NCBI GenBank assembly: GCA_963799625.1
Contig: CAWCXU010000001.1
Span: 57,979 to 121,978, forward strand
DNA: 64,000 bases
Source of the DNA: an uncultured Actinomycetes bacterium
GTDB lineage: Bacteria; Actinomycetota; UBA4738; HRBIN12
Direction: 5' to 3'
This document shows positions 11,292 through 20,802 of the stretch, piece by piece. The notes under the pieces were generated by a model. The model had not been told where the DNA came from, searched no databases, and saw only the letters and a program-made list of their open reading frames with translations. The position numbers were made by a program, and so were the translations under genes. Position 1 is the first letter of the stretch. Every line of letters starts with the position of its first letter.

Positions 11292-12442
11292 CCGAGCAGC
11301 GCTTTGCCCATCTCCTTGCGGTACCGCTCGTTGAAGTCGTACAGGAACCGATCCTGCCGCGGGTACACACCGGTGGTGAACGCGCGTGAGCCCACGCCGG
11401 TCTGCGCGCGTTGGCAGACCTCCCAGTCCTGTTTCGAGATCAGGTCCCACAGCTCCACGACCGGCTCCGGTTTGAACACCGCCGGATCGGCGATCGTCTC
11501 GGGCCGGAACAGGTACTCCGACACGACGGTCGTGCGCTTCGGCCCCTTCGGGAACCCGATGTAGTACATCACGCAGTCCGGGTGCAGGTTGATCATCAGG
11601 TTCGGGAACTGGTAGGCGCCGAAGTACATCGAGTAGTCCTCGGGCTCCAGGTCCGGGAGCTTCGGAAGCGACGACTCGCCGCTCATCGTGAAGCTCGTCG
11701 CGCCGTCGCGCATCCAGTTGCCGTCGTCGCGCGTCACCTCGTCCCACACCTCGCCGAACCGGAACAGCGGCACCACCTGCACGAGCTCGGGGTGCACGGT
11801 CGGGCAGTGCAGGCACTCGTTGTAGTTCTCGACGATGATCTTCCAGTTCGCATCGACCTCGTAGACGATCCGCACGCCGACCCGCAGCTCGTCCAGCTTG
11901 AACCGATCGAACATCGACAGCGACTCCGCCCCTTCGTGCATCTGTTCGAGCAGTGGCCGTGGCGACCCGGTCGTCAGGTTCAGGAAGATGAAGCCGCCGA
12001 ACGTGTCGATGGGGAACCCGTGCAGCGGGTAGTCGCGCCGCTCGAACCGCTCGTACTCCTTCACGTTCGGCGTGCCGATCAGCGACCCGTCCAGCCCGTA
12101 CACCCATCCGTGGTACGGGCACGTGAAGGCCTTGCGCACGTGACCGCTCGCCGGCTCGTCGTCGAGGAACTTCGTGCCGCGGTGGCTGCACACGTTGTAG
12201 AAGCCGTGCAAGGTCCGATCCTCGTCGCGCACGATGAAGACCGACTCGCCGGTGATGTCGCGCACGATGTAGTCCCCGGGGTTGGGCAGCTCCTCCTCGC
12301 GACCCACACAGACCCAGTCGCCCCACCAGATCCGCTCGCGTTCCTCGTCGTAGACGGCGTCGCTCGTGTACTCGGCGCCGGACAGGGTCGGGCGCGGCTG
12401 CCAGTCCTGCTCGTCGTATCGCAATGCTGTCTGACTGGCCAT
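11288..12442 (-). CDS. Rieske non-heme iron oxygenase alpha subunit (choline/glycine betaine/stachydrine demethylase-like)
   Basis: CSHRG and CPYHGW Rieske ligands; ENYNECLHCPTVHPEL and KQDWEVC mononuclear Fe site. Confidence 0.88.
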   Translation of the reverse strand: MASQTALRYDEQDWQPRPTLSGAEYTSDAVYDEERERIWWGDWVCVGREEELPNPGDYIVRDITGESVFIVRDEDRTLHGFYNVCSHRGTKFLDDEPASGHVRKAFTCPYHGWVYGLDGSLIGTPNVKEYERFERRDYPLHGFPIDTFGGFIFLNLTTGSPRPLLEQMHEGAESLSMFDRFKLDELRVGVRIVYEVDANWKIIVENYNECLHCPTVHPELVQVVPLFRFGEVWDEVTRDDGNWMRDGATSFTMSGESSLPKLPDLEPEDYSMYFGAYQFPNLMINLHPDCVMYYIGFPKGPKRTTVVSEYLFRPETIADPAVFKPEPVVELWDLISKQDWEVCQRAQTGVGSRAFTTGVYPRQDRFLYDFNERYRKEMGKALLG

Positions 12443-12519
12443 CGGTGCAGCTCCTTGTAACTCGGGCCGGGTGGGTGAGTCCGGTCAAGGATAGCGAGGT
12501 CGCGCGGGCCGGCGTGAAC

Positions 12520-13323
12520 CTAGACGCGCAGCGGGGGGAACCGTGTGCGGAGCCCCTTCGCCTGGACCTGGTACAGCGCTTCGGGTTTGGGAAGGCCCGC
12601 CAGCCGGTGCTCGCCGAGGCTGCGGAAGCGTACGCCCCGCGGCGTGTCGCCGTCGACCGCGTGCGAAGACACGACGATCTGGCCGCCGTGCGCCACGGAG
12701 CAGATGCGCGCGACCGTATGGACGGACAGCCCTACGTAGCCGGAGTCGGTGAGCGCGGGCCGCCCACCGTGGATACCCGCCCGAACGAGCACCTCGACGT
12801 CGCCCGGCCATGACCACTCGCGCAGCGTGCCGAACAGTTCGATCGCGGCCAGCACCGCGGCGTCGGACCGTTCGAACACCGCGAAGAACTCGTCGCCGTG
12901 GCTGTCGACAGGGTGTCCGCCGGCGCCGGCGACGGCCGTCCGCGTGCAGGCGCGCACGTCGCGGAGCAGCGCCGCGTAGTCGTCGCCGAGCTCCCGGAGC
13001 AACGCGGTCGACCCCTCGATGTCGGTGAGCAGGAACGTCACGATCCCGGTCGGGAGCGTCGGCCCCCGCGCGCGCGAGGACCCGAGCTGGGTGTTGATGA
13101 ACCCGACGGGCATGATGCCGAACCGCTTCGCGGCGTGCAGCAACCGCCGGCGTGCTCGGTCGCGCGCGGCGTCGTCTTCCCACGCCACGCGGTCGAAGCG
13201 CGCGAGCGCGTTCCGCACGTGCGCCTCGTCGTTGATCGGGAGGCGGCGCGCCCCCCGCGAGTCGATGTAGGCGAAGGCTCGATCGGGGAGCTCCGCCCGT
13301 TCGCGGGCGCTGAGCTTTGCCAT
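12520..13323 (-). CDS. Small N-terminal domain (DUF6582-like) fused to a class III nucleotide cyclase-like domain
   Basis: N-term LPDRAFAYIDSRGARRLPINDEAHVRNALARFDRV; C-term FLLTDIEGST, HGDEFFAVF, VRAGIHGG, VHTVARI. Confidence 0.75.
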   Translation of the reverse strand: MAKLSARERAELPDRAFAYIDSRGARRLPINDEAHVRNALARFDRVAWEDDAARDRARRRLLHAAKRFGIMPVGFINTQLGSSRARGPTLPTGIVTFLLTDIEGSTALLRELGDDYAALLRDVRACTRTAVAGAGGHPVDSHGDEFFAVFERSDAAVLAAIELFGTLREWSWPGDVEVLVRAGIHGGRPALTDSGYVGLSVHTVARICSVAHGGQIVVSSHAVDGDTPRGVRFRSLGEHRLAGLPKPEALYQVQAKGLRTRFPPLRV

Positions 13324-13372
13324 CGCCCGACGATACCGCCGGCGACCGACAGCCGCGCCTCGGGGCGGCGGA

Positions 13373-13696
13373 TCAGGCGTCGATGACGATCCGCGGCGAA
13401 ACCGTGGTGAGCTCGACGAGCTCGAGCACGCGTCGGACGGGCTCGCTGGGCTTGCGCAGCACGAGGTGGCCGTCGCGCATCCGGTCGGCGGTGTGGAGCA
13501 GCGCCAGGAGCCCCGAGCTGTCGATGAACGTGAGCGCGCGCACGTCGAGGATCAGGTCACCGGGGTCGGCGGTGAGCGATGTGACGGCCCTCGTCAACGT
13601 CTCGGTGTCCGCCATGTCGAGCTCGCCGTCGAGCACGATCGTGCGTTCGTCGGCGAGGACCTCGATCCGCAGCGGCTCGTTGGGGATCTGGCCCAC
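13373..13696 (-). CDS. STAS-domain anti-sigma factor antagonist
   Basis: LDGELDMA, ILDVRALTFIDSSGL phospho-Ser motif; GTG start at 13696. Confidence 0.85.
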   Translation of the reverse strand: MGQIPNEPLRIEVLADERTIVLDGELDMADTETLTRAVTSLTADPGDLILDVRALTFIDSSGLLALLHTADRMRDGHLVLRKPSEPVRRVLELVELTTVSPRIVIDA

Positions 13697-13706
13697 GGGT
13701 CGCACC

Positions 13707-16700
13707 TTAGTCCGGGCGCTCGGCGCCGGCCATCGCGGGGGCGCCCAGCGGGACCACGCGCCGACGGAGGACGACCTTGGTGCCTGGGTCCAGCCGCTCG
13801 ACCTCGACATCGTCCATCAGGGTGCGCATCAACGGGATGCCGCGACCGCGAGCGGGGTCCGGGTCCGACGCGAGCCACACCCCATGGTCCACGACCGTGA
13901 TCGTGACGACGCTGTCCACGACGTCGCCGGCGATCTCCACTGGGCCTGCTGACCCCCGATACCCGTGCTCGATCGCGTTGGCGGCGGCCTCGTTCGCAGC
14001 GAGGACCACCGCCTCGGCATCCTCCGGGGGGCATCGACGGAGGTCGAGCCAGGCGCGCAGCCGGTGGCGGAGCGGTCGCAGCTCCTCGGGCGATCCGTCG
14101 AGCGTCGCGGCGAACGAGATCGGGGATCCCGTCCGGAGCACCAGCACGGCGGCGTCGTCGGTTCGTTCCCGCGGCCCGAGCAGTGTGTCGACGACCTCCT
14201 CGACGAGCTCGGCGGGGTCACGATCGCTCGTGCGCTCGAGCGTGGCGCGCAGCCGATCGACCCCGCGGTGGAACGGTTCGTCGCGCCGCTCGATCAAGCC
14301 GTCGGTATAGAGGATCAGCGTCGACCCCGGCGGCAGGATGCAGCTGCCTTCCTCGCGATCGCCGTCGTACCCGGCCGCGAGCAGCGGCGACCGGCCCCCT
14401 TCGAGCACGACGGCGCGGCCGTCCAGGCACGCAACGGGCGGCGGGTGCCCCGCGCACGCGTAGACGAACGCGCCCGACATCGGGTCATATTCGCCGTAGG
14501 CGACCGTCGCCAGCTCGGTGCCCGGGGCGCTCGCGGCGAAGCGGTTCAGTGCCTGCAACGTCGCGCCGGGACCCCGCATCTCGAGCGCGAGCCCGCGCAG
14601 GGCGCTGCGCAGTTGGCCCATCGCCGCGGCGGCGCGCAGCCCGCGACCGACCACGTCGCCGATCGATACGCCGAGGCGGCCGTCGGGCAGCTCGATCACG
14701 TCGTACCAATCGCCGCCGACGTCGAGGTACTCCGTCCCGGCCGAGTACCAGGTCGTGACCTGCGCACCGTTCCAGGAGGAGATCGGCTCGTGCGGCAGCA
14801 GGCTGTCTTGGAGGATCCGCGAGATCTCCCGTTCACGCTGGGACACGCGGGCCCGCTGGGTCGCCTGCGCCGCCTCCGATGCGATGGCCGTGAGGAGGTC
14901 GAACTGCTCCACGTCGAACGGCTGCGGCCTCTCGAAACTGACGAGCAGCGCGCCGATCGTGGCGCCGCCCACGATCATCGGGAGCTCCGCGATGGCTTCG
15001 CCGAGATCGGCGGCGAGCTCCGGATACCGGTCGCGGACGGCGTCGATGTTGCCGAGCAACGCCGAGCGTCCGCGCTGGATCGCGACGCGGCCGGGTGCGG
15101 CGTCGTCGGTACGGATCGCCTCGAGCACCGGGCGCGGATACCCGCGGGCCGCCGCGACGTCCACGGCATCCCCGTTGCCCCCGTCGAGCAGGATCACGGC
15201 GGCCGCGCACGCCCCGAGCACGTCGAGTGCGGTCGACGTGAGGACCGCGGCGATCGCCCCCGCCGTCTGGCTCGCGGCGAGCTCCGCGATCAGGTGCTGG
15301 ATCTGCTCGGTGCGGCGGCTCCGGGCCATCTCGCGCTCGTAGAGCTGCGAGCGCTCCAGGGCGATCGCCGCTTGGTGGCCGATCGTGCGGGCGAGGCGGC
15401 GCTCGGGCCGGTCCAAGGCGCTTTCGTCGGCGAAGACGAGCGTCATCACCCCGAGCACTCGGTCCTTCACCACGTAGGGGATCGCGATGCTCGACCGAGC
15501 GATCCCGTCGAACAGGAAGGCGCCGCGTGGGTACCGGCGCCGCCACTCGTCGTGCGTCGAGACCCACTCCACCGTGCCGCTGGCGAACGCGGCGCACATC
15601 GCCATGTCGGCGTCGACCGGGATCTCGTCGAGCCGCCCGGAGGCGGCCGAGGCGAAGACGCCGCGCGCCGCGATCAGACGCAGGACGTCGCCGTCGACGA
15701 GATAGGCGCCCGCCCCGATCGCGCGGAGCGCGTCCATCGACGCGTCGAGCGCGCTCGCGGCGACCTCCTCGACCGCGACGGCCTGGCTCAGCGCGTCCGA
15801 GACGGCCTGGAGCCGTGACAGGCGGGAGAGTGCGCGCTCGAGGTCGCGGCGGGTGCGTCGCTCGGTGTCGAGTAAGCGAGCCCGGTGGACCGCCGCGCCG
15901 ACGCGTTCGGCGAGCGACTCGAGCACCTCGCGGATCTCGGTGGCGAGCGCCGCGTCGTCTCGACGTCCGAGCGCGAGGAACCCGAGCGCGTCCCCACCGC
16001 TCCTCAGCGGCAGGAGCAGCACCGAGACGATCCCGATCGCCTCGAGCTCGTCTCGTCGGCGTTCGGTGCGCCGGCGGAGCGCGTCGCCGGTCAACGATCG
16101 CATGGGGAGCCGCGCCGTGCCGTCGACCGTGGCATCCCAGAGCCCTTCGAACAGCTGCGCCGACGCGCCGACCTGACGCGCGACCGTCACGCGGTTCGCG
16201 TCCGCGTCGATCAGCAGGAGCCCGCCGATCGTCGCATCGACGAGCTCCATCGAGAACGTGACCGCGGGCTCGGCGACCTGGTCGACCGTGGTGGCCTCGG
16301 CGATCGCCGTCGTCGCCGTCTGCAAGGCCTCTGCGCGTTCCGATGCCGCCCGTGCGTCGCGGTATAGGATCGCTCGCTGCAGCGCCTGTCCACACTGGCC
16401 TCCGATCGCTTCGAGCAGGCGGACGGCCCCGGCGTCGAAGTGCCCGGTCTCGCCGCTGCTCGTGATCAGGACACCCGCCGCGTCGCCGGGAGCCCCCACG
16501 GGAGCGAAGACCCGCGAACGGAACGGCAGGTGGTCGATCAGGCCCGCGAGGCGCGGATAGGCGGCCACCAGCGCCTCGCTCGTCTCGAAGACCAGGCTCG
16601 CACCGGAGGCGATCACGTCCGCGACCGGCGAGGTCCCCGTCTCGATCGTCGTCGGCAACAACGCGCGGAGGTCGTCCGGATAGACGTCGGTCTCGGCGTA

Positions 16701-18131
16701 GCGCACCGACGTGCGTGTCGCGTCGACGATCGCGAGCAGGCATGCGTCGGCGCCCACCGCCGCGCACGCCGACCGGGTCGTGACCAGCTCGACCTCGAGC
16801 ACCGTGAGGGCGCCGCCGAGGTCGGCCGTCACGCCCTGCAGCATCCGCGTCTGCTCGTCGGAGCGGCGCGCCGCGTCGAACAACCGGGCGCGCTCGAGCG
16901 CCTGTGCGATCCGATCGGCGACCTCGAGCGCGTAGGCCTGCTCACCGGCGTCGAACGCGCGTTCCTGCTCGTACGCGACATACAGCACGCCGAGCACCCC
17001 CCGGTCGCTGCGGAGCGGCAGCACCGCCCGCCCCTCGTAGTCGAGCAACTGGCCGGCCAGGTCGGGGAAGGACTCGATCAGGGCATCCGCCGATCCGTAG
17101 AACGCGCTGGCCCGGTCACGGACGCCGCGCGTGATCGGCGTGTCCTCCACTTCGATCGACACCGAGCGCCACGGGTCGCGCTTGCTTTCGAACCCGCGCA
17201 GTCGGGTGATCGCGATGGATCGCTCGTCGGACTCGGTCAGGCCGAGCGCGCCGGCGGGCGCCTCGAGCGCGTCGAGCGCCTCCAGGAAGACGGCGTCGGC
17301 CACTTCCTGGACCGAGGTCGAAGAGCTGAGCGCCTGCGTCACGCGATCGAGACGCTCGGCCCGGGCGCGGCGACGGCGTTCGGCGGAGATGTCGGTGCCC
17401 ACGACGATCACGCCGTCGATGTCGTCGCCGGGACCGCGCAGCGGGCTCTTCGTCGTCAGGACGGTCGTGCCCTCGACGTCGTCCTCGATCCGGATCGGAT
17501 CGGCGCCCGTGAGGACGGCCTGGTCTTGCGCGTCGCGCCGGTCCCAATCGATCAGATCGAGCTCGCGGTCGGTGCGTCCGACCGCGGCACCGGGCGCGAC
17601 GCCGAGCGTCGCGCTCATCGCGTCGTTCGCGATCAGGTAGCGGCCGGCACGATCCTTCACGCCGAGCGCCACGCCCATCCCTTCGGCGACCGCCGACAGC
17701 AACGCTTCGCTCGCTCGCACCAACGTCTCGGCGGCCCGTTGGGCGGTCACCTCGAGCGCGGCGCCGAGGAACGGCCCCGCGACGACGCCGGGCTCCAGCG
17801 CGTAGCCCTGGTCGTGGACCGTCGCGTACGTGCCGTCGTCGCGACGCAGGCGGTACTCGGTGGCGAACGGCTCGTTGCGCCGCATCGCCGCCCGGCACGC
17901 CTCGAACGCGTCACGGTCGTCGGGGTGCACGCTGCCGGCCCATCCATCGCCCATCGCCTCCGCGGGCTCGCGGGCGAGGATCCGGGTCCAGGCCGCGCTG
18001 ACGTAGGTGCAGCCCGCCTCGGGGTCCCACAGCCACACGATCGCGGGCGCGCGCTCGAGCACGTCCGACAGCCGTTCCGGCGGGAAGGCTTCGGACGGGG
18101 TGGCGGCGCGGGGTGCGGGTCGCTCCGGCAT
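13707..18131 (-). CDS. Multi-sensor PP2C phosphatase: PAS-PAS-5xGAF-SpoIIE-HATPase (RsbU/RsbW-like fusion)
   Basis: PAS (YVSAAWTRIL...WAGSVHPDD), five repeated GAF-entry helices, VGGDWYDV, SIGDVVGRG, LYTDGLIE, DDAAVL, ANEAAANAIEH, DHGVW, RGRGIPLM. Confidence 0.88.
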   Translation of the reverse strand: MPERPAPRAATPSEAFPPERLSDVLERAPAIVWLWDPEAGCTYVSAAWTRILAREPAEAMGDGWAGSVHPDDRDAFEACRAAMRRNEPFATEYRLRRDDGTYATVHDQGYALEPGVVAGPFLGAALEVTAQRAAETLVRASEALLSAVAEGMGVALGVKDRAGRYLIANDAMSATLGVAPGAAVGRTDRELDLIDWDRRDAQDQAVLTGADPIRIEDDVEGTTVLTTKSPLRGPGDDIDGVIVVGTDISAERRRRARAERLDRVTQALSSSTSVQEVADAVFLEALDALEAPAGALGLTESDERSIAITRLRGFESKRDPWRSVSIEVEDTPITRGVRDRASAFYGSADALIESFPDLAGQLLDYEGRAVLPLRSDRGVLGVLYVAYEQERAFDAGEQAYALEVADRIAQALERARLFDAARRSDEQTRMLQGVTADLGGALTVLEVELVTTRSACAAVGADACLLAIVDATRTSVRYAETDVYPDDLRALLPTTIETGTSPVADVIASGASLVFETSEALVAAYPRLAGLIDHLPFRSRVFAPVGAPGDAAGVLITSSGETGHFDAGAVRLLEAIGGQCGQALQRAILYRDARAASERAEALQTATTAIAEATTVDQVAEPAVTFSMELVDATIGGLLLIDADANRVTVARQVGASAQLFEGLWDATVDGTARLPMRSLTGDALRRRTERRRDELEAIGIVSVLLLPLRSGGDALGFLALGRRDDAALATEIREVLESLAERVGAAVHRARLLDTERRTRRDLERALSRLSRLQAVSDALSQAVAVEEVAASALDASMDALRAIGAGAYLVDGDVLRLIAARGVFASAASGRLDEIPVDADMAMCAAFASGTVEWVSTHDEWRRRYPRGAFLFDGIARSSIAIPYVVKDRVLGVMTLVFADESALDRPERRLARTIGHQAAIALERSQLYEREMARSRRTEQIQHLIAELAASQTAGAIAAVLTSTALDVLGACAAAVILLDGGNGDAVDVAAARGYPRPVLEAIRTDDAAPGRVAIQRGRSALLGNIDAVRDRYPELAADLGEAIAELPMIVGGATIGALLVSFERPQPFDVEQFDLLTAIASEAAQATQRARVSQREREISRILQDSLLPHEPISSWNGAQVTTWYSAGTEYLDVGGDWYDVIELPDGRLGVSIGDVVGRGLRAAAAMGQLRSALRGLALEMRGPGATLQALNRFAASAPGTELATVAYGEYDPMSGAFVYACAGHPPPVACLDGRAVVLEGGRSPLLAAGYDGDREEGSCILPPGSTLILYTDGLIERRDEPFHRGVDRLRATLERTSDRDPAELVEEVVDTLLGPRERTDDAAVLVLRTGSPISFAATLDGSPEELRPLRHRLRAWLDLRRCPPEDAEAVVLAANEAAANAIEHGYRGSAGPVEIAGDVVDSVVTITVVDHGVWLASDPDPARGRGIPLMRTLMDDVEVERLDPGTKVVLRRRVVPLGAPAMAGAERPD

Positions 18132-18247
18132 CGTGAGGTACCCATCCTCTCGCGCAACGCTCGCCGGGACCACCCGACGTTGCGCCCGGGCGCACGCTTC
18201 GATGCTCGTTGGCCCCGCGCCGGCCACGGTCCGGGTAGCCTCATCGC

Positions 18248-20080
18248 GTGCCGCTCCCGCTCGAGGACTACGCGCTGATCGGGGACACCCACACGGCCGC
18301 CCTCGTCGGACGCGACGGGTCGATCGATTGGCTGTGCCTGCCGAGGTTCGACTCGGGCGCCTGCTTCGCGGCGTTGCTCGGAGATCCCTCGCACGGGCGC
18401 TGGTCGATCGCGCCGACCGAGCCGTTCCGGACGCGTCGCCGCTACCGGCCGGACACGCTCGTGCTCGACACGGAGCACGAGACCGCGAGCGGCACGGTGC
18501 GCATCACGGACTTCATGACGCCGCGGCGCGCCCAGGCCCGGGTGGTGCGGATCGTCGAGGGGGTTCGAGGCGTTGTGCCGGTCCGCAGCGAGCTGCTGCC
18601 GCGCTTCGACTACGGCCTCGCGGTCCCGTGGCTGCGCGAGGTGCCGCAGGGCGTGCGTGCGGTCGCGGGACCGGACGCCGTGCACCTGCGCACCGAGGCG
18701 CCGATCGACGTCACGACCGGCACGGTGGCCTCGGATCTCATGGTCCGCGCCGGGCAGCGGGTCTCGTTCGTGCTCACGTGGCATCGCTCCTACGAGCCGG
18801 TGCCGGCCAAGATCGACCCCCTCGACGCGCTGCGCAACACCGTCCGGTACTGGACGCGGTGGTCCGCACGGTGCGAGTACCGGGGGGAGTGGCGCGACGC
18901 GGTGATGCGGTCGCTGATCACGCTGAAGGCGCTCACCCACCGCCCGACCGGCGGGATCGTCGCCGCACCCACGATGTCGCTGCCCGAGGAGCTCGGCGGC
19001 GCGCGGAACTGGGACTACCGGTTCTGCTGGCTCCGCGACGCCACCTTCACGCTCTACAGCTTGCTGATGGCCGGCTATGACGACGAGGCCGAGGCCTGGC
19101 GCGAGTGGCTGCTGCGTGCGGTCGCCGGCGACCCGCGCGACCTGCGGATCATGTACGGGATCCGCGGGGAACGCCGGATCCCCGAGATCCCCGTCGAGTG
19201 GCTCCCGGGCTACGAGGAGTCGCTGCCGGTGCGGGTCGGCAACGACGCGTCGAGCCAGTTCCAGCTCGACGTCTACGGCGAGGTGCTGGACCTGCTCTAC
19301 CAGTCCGCGCGCGAGGGTTTGCCGCACGAATCCGCCGCGTGGGAGATGGAGCTGCGGATCATGGATGTGCTCGAATCGAACTGGCGCGAGCCCGACGAGG
19401 GGATCTGGGAGGTGCGCGGCGGACGCCAGCAGTTCGTCCACTCGAAGATGATGGCGTGGGTCGGCGTCGATCGCGCGATCCGATCGGTCGAGCTGTTCGG
19501 GTTCGACGGCCCGGTCGAACGCTGGCGCGCGCTCCGCGACGAGATCCACGACGAGATCTGCCGCGAGGGCTACGACGACGACCTCGGTAGCTTCACGCAG
19601 GTCTACGGGTCGAAATCGCTCGACGCCTCCTTGCTGATGATGCCGTTGCTCGGGTTCCTGCCGGCGAACGATGAGCGCGTGGTCGGCACCGTCGCCGCGA
19701 TCCAGGACCGTCTGATGGTCGACGGGTTCGTGCGGCGCTACGACACCTCGACGCATATCGACGGACTCCCCGGGAGCGAGGGCGCCTTCATCCCGTGCAC
19801 GTGCTGGCTCGCGGACTGCCTGGCGCTGCAGGGACGGGATGCCGAGGCGCGCGAGCTGTTCGAGCTCGTGCTCGACGTCCGCAACGACGTCGGGCTGCTG
19901 TCCGAGGAGTACGACACGGTCCGGCGGCGGATGGTGGGCAACTTCCCTCAGGCGTTCTCGCACGTGTCGGTGATCGGGACCGCGCGGAACCTCTCGCGCG
20001 GGGAGGTCGGCCCCGCGGATCGCCGCCGCCGGCCCCTCGGCGCCGGGCTGCGCGCGCGGTCGGGCCGCGGGCGCCGATGA
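18248..20080 (+). CDS. Glycoside hydrolase family 15 (trehalase-like)
   Basis: LEDYALIGD, IDWLCLPRFDS, SLPEELGGARNWDYRFCWLRDA, QLDVYGE, PDEGIWEVRG, GNFPQAFSH. Confidence 0.92.
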   Translation: MPLPLEDYALIGDTHTAALVGRDGSIDWLCLPRFDSGACFAALLGDPSHGRWSIAPTEPFRTRRRYRPDTLVLDTEHETASGTVRITDFMTPRRAQARVVRIVEGVRGVVPVRSELLPRFDYGLAVPWLREVPQGVRAVAGPDAVHLRTEAPIDVTTGTVASDLMVRAGQRVSFVLTWHRSYEPVPAKIDPLDALRNTVRYWTRWSARCEYRGEWRDAVMRSLITLKALTHRPTGGIVAAPTMSLPEELGGARNWDYRFCWLRDATFTLYSLLMAGYDDEAEAWREWLLRAVAGDPRDLRIMYGIRGERRIPEIPVEWLPGYEESLPVRVGNDASSQFQLDVYGEVLDLLYQSAREGLPHESAAWEMELRIMDVLESNWREPDEGIWEVRGGRQQFVHSKMMAWVGVDRAIRSVELFGFDGPVERWRALRDEIHDEICREGYDDDLGSFTQVYGSKSLDASLLMMPLLGFLPANDERVVGTVAAIQDRLMVDGFVRRYDTSTHIDGLPGSEGAFIPCTCWLADCLALQGRDAEARELFELVLDVRNDVGLLSEEYDTVRRRMVGNFPQAFSHVSVIGTARNLSRGEVGPADRRRRPLGAGLRARSGRGRR

Positions 20081-20802
20081 CCCCGGCTCCAAGGACGCTG
20101 ATCGAGATCTCGGCGCACCTGGCCGAGGCGGCGATCCTGCTGGACTTCGACGGCTCGCTCGCGCCGATCGTCGAGGATCCTGCTGCGGCGCGGCCGCTGC
20201 CCGAGGCCGTTCCCGTGCTCACCGACCTGTGCGCACGGGCGGGCGCCGTCGCGGTGATCAGCGGCCGGCCGGAGGCGTTCATCCGCGAGGTGCTCGATGT
20301 GCCGAAGCTCGAGGTGGTCGGGCTCTACGGGTTGTCCGCCCACCCGCCGCTCGACGACGACGTGCGTTCGGGGCTCGCGGCGGTCGCCGGCGCGGAGCCG
20401 GGCGTCGAGCTCGAGGACAAACGCGTGAGCATCGCGTTGCACGCGCGCCGCGCGCCCGAGCCCGAAGCCGCGCTCGACCGGATGCGCCCGGCCGTGCGCG
20501 CCCTCGCCGTCGAGCACGGGCTCACGTCGTTCGAGGGGAAGCTCGTGCTCGAGGTGTCGCCCCCCGGCGCCCGCAAGGGCGGTGCGGTGCAGCAGTTGTT
20601 GGACCGTTTGAGTCCACCGGCTGCCCTCTATGCGGGCGACGACCTGGAGGACCTGGAGGCGTTCGACGCGCTCCAGGGGCGCGGCATCGCGACGTGCCGG
20701 GTCGCGGTGGTCGCCTCAGGGACGCCCGCGCGCCTCGTCGAGGTCGCTGATGTTCAGGTGCAAGGGCCCCTCGGGCTCCTCGACCTCCTCCGAACGCTGT
20801 GA
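20077..20802 (+). CDS. otsB: Trehalose-6-phosphate phosphatase
   Basis: ATGA overlap with GH15 stop; HAD motif LLDFDGSLAPIV, EDKRVSIALH, GKLVLEV, YAGDDLED. Confidence 0.88.
   Translation: MTPAPRTLIEISAHLAEAAILLDFDGSLAPIVEDPAAARPLPEAVPVLTDLCARAGAVAVISGRPEAFIREVLDVPKLEVVGLYGLSAHPPLDDDVRSGLAAVAGAEPGVELEDKRVSIALHARRAPEPEAALDRMRPAVRALAVEHGLTSFEGKLVLEVSPPGARKGGAVQQLLDRLSPPAALYAGDDLEDLEAFDALQGRGIATCRVAVVASGTPARLVEVADVQVQGPLGLLDLLRTL

Noticed and set aside
18190-18248. GGGTAG -10-like box before the GH15 gene (similar boxes near 22270, 30166 and 34576)
   Set aside because: No GTTT at 14-17 nt spacing, so not counted as SigB/F promoters.
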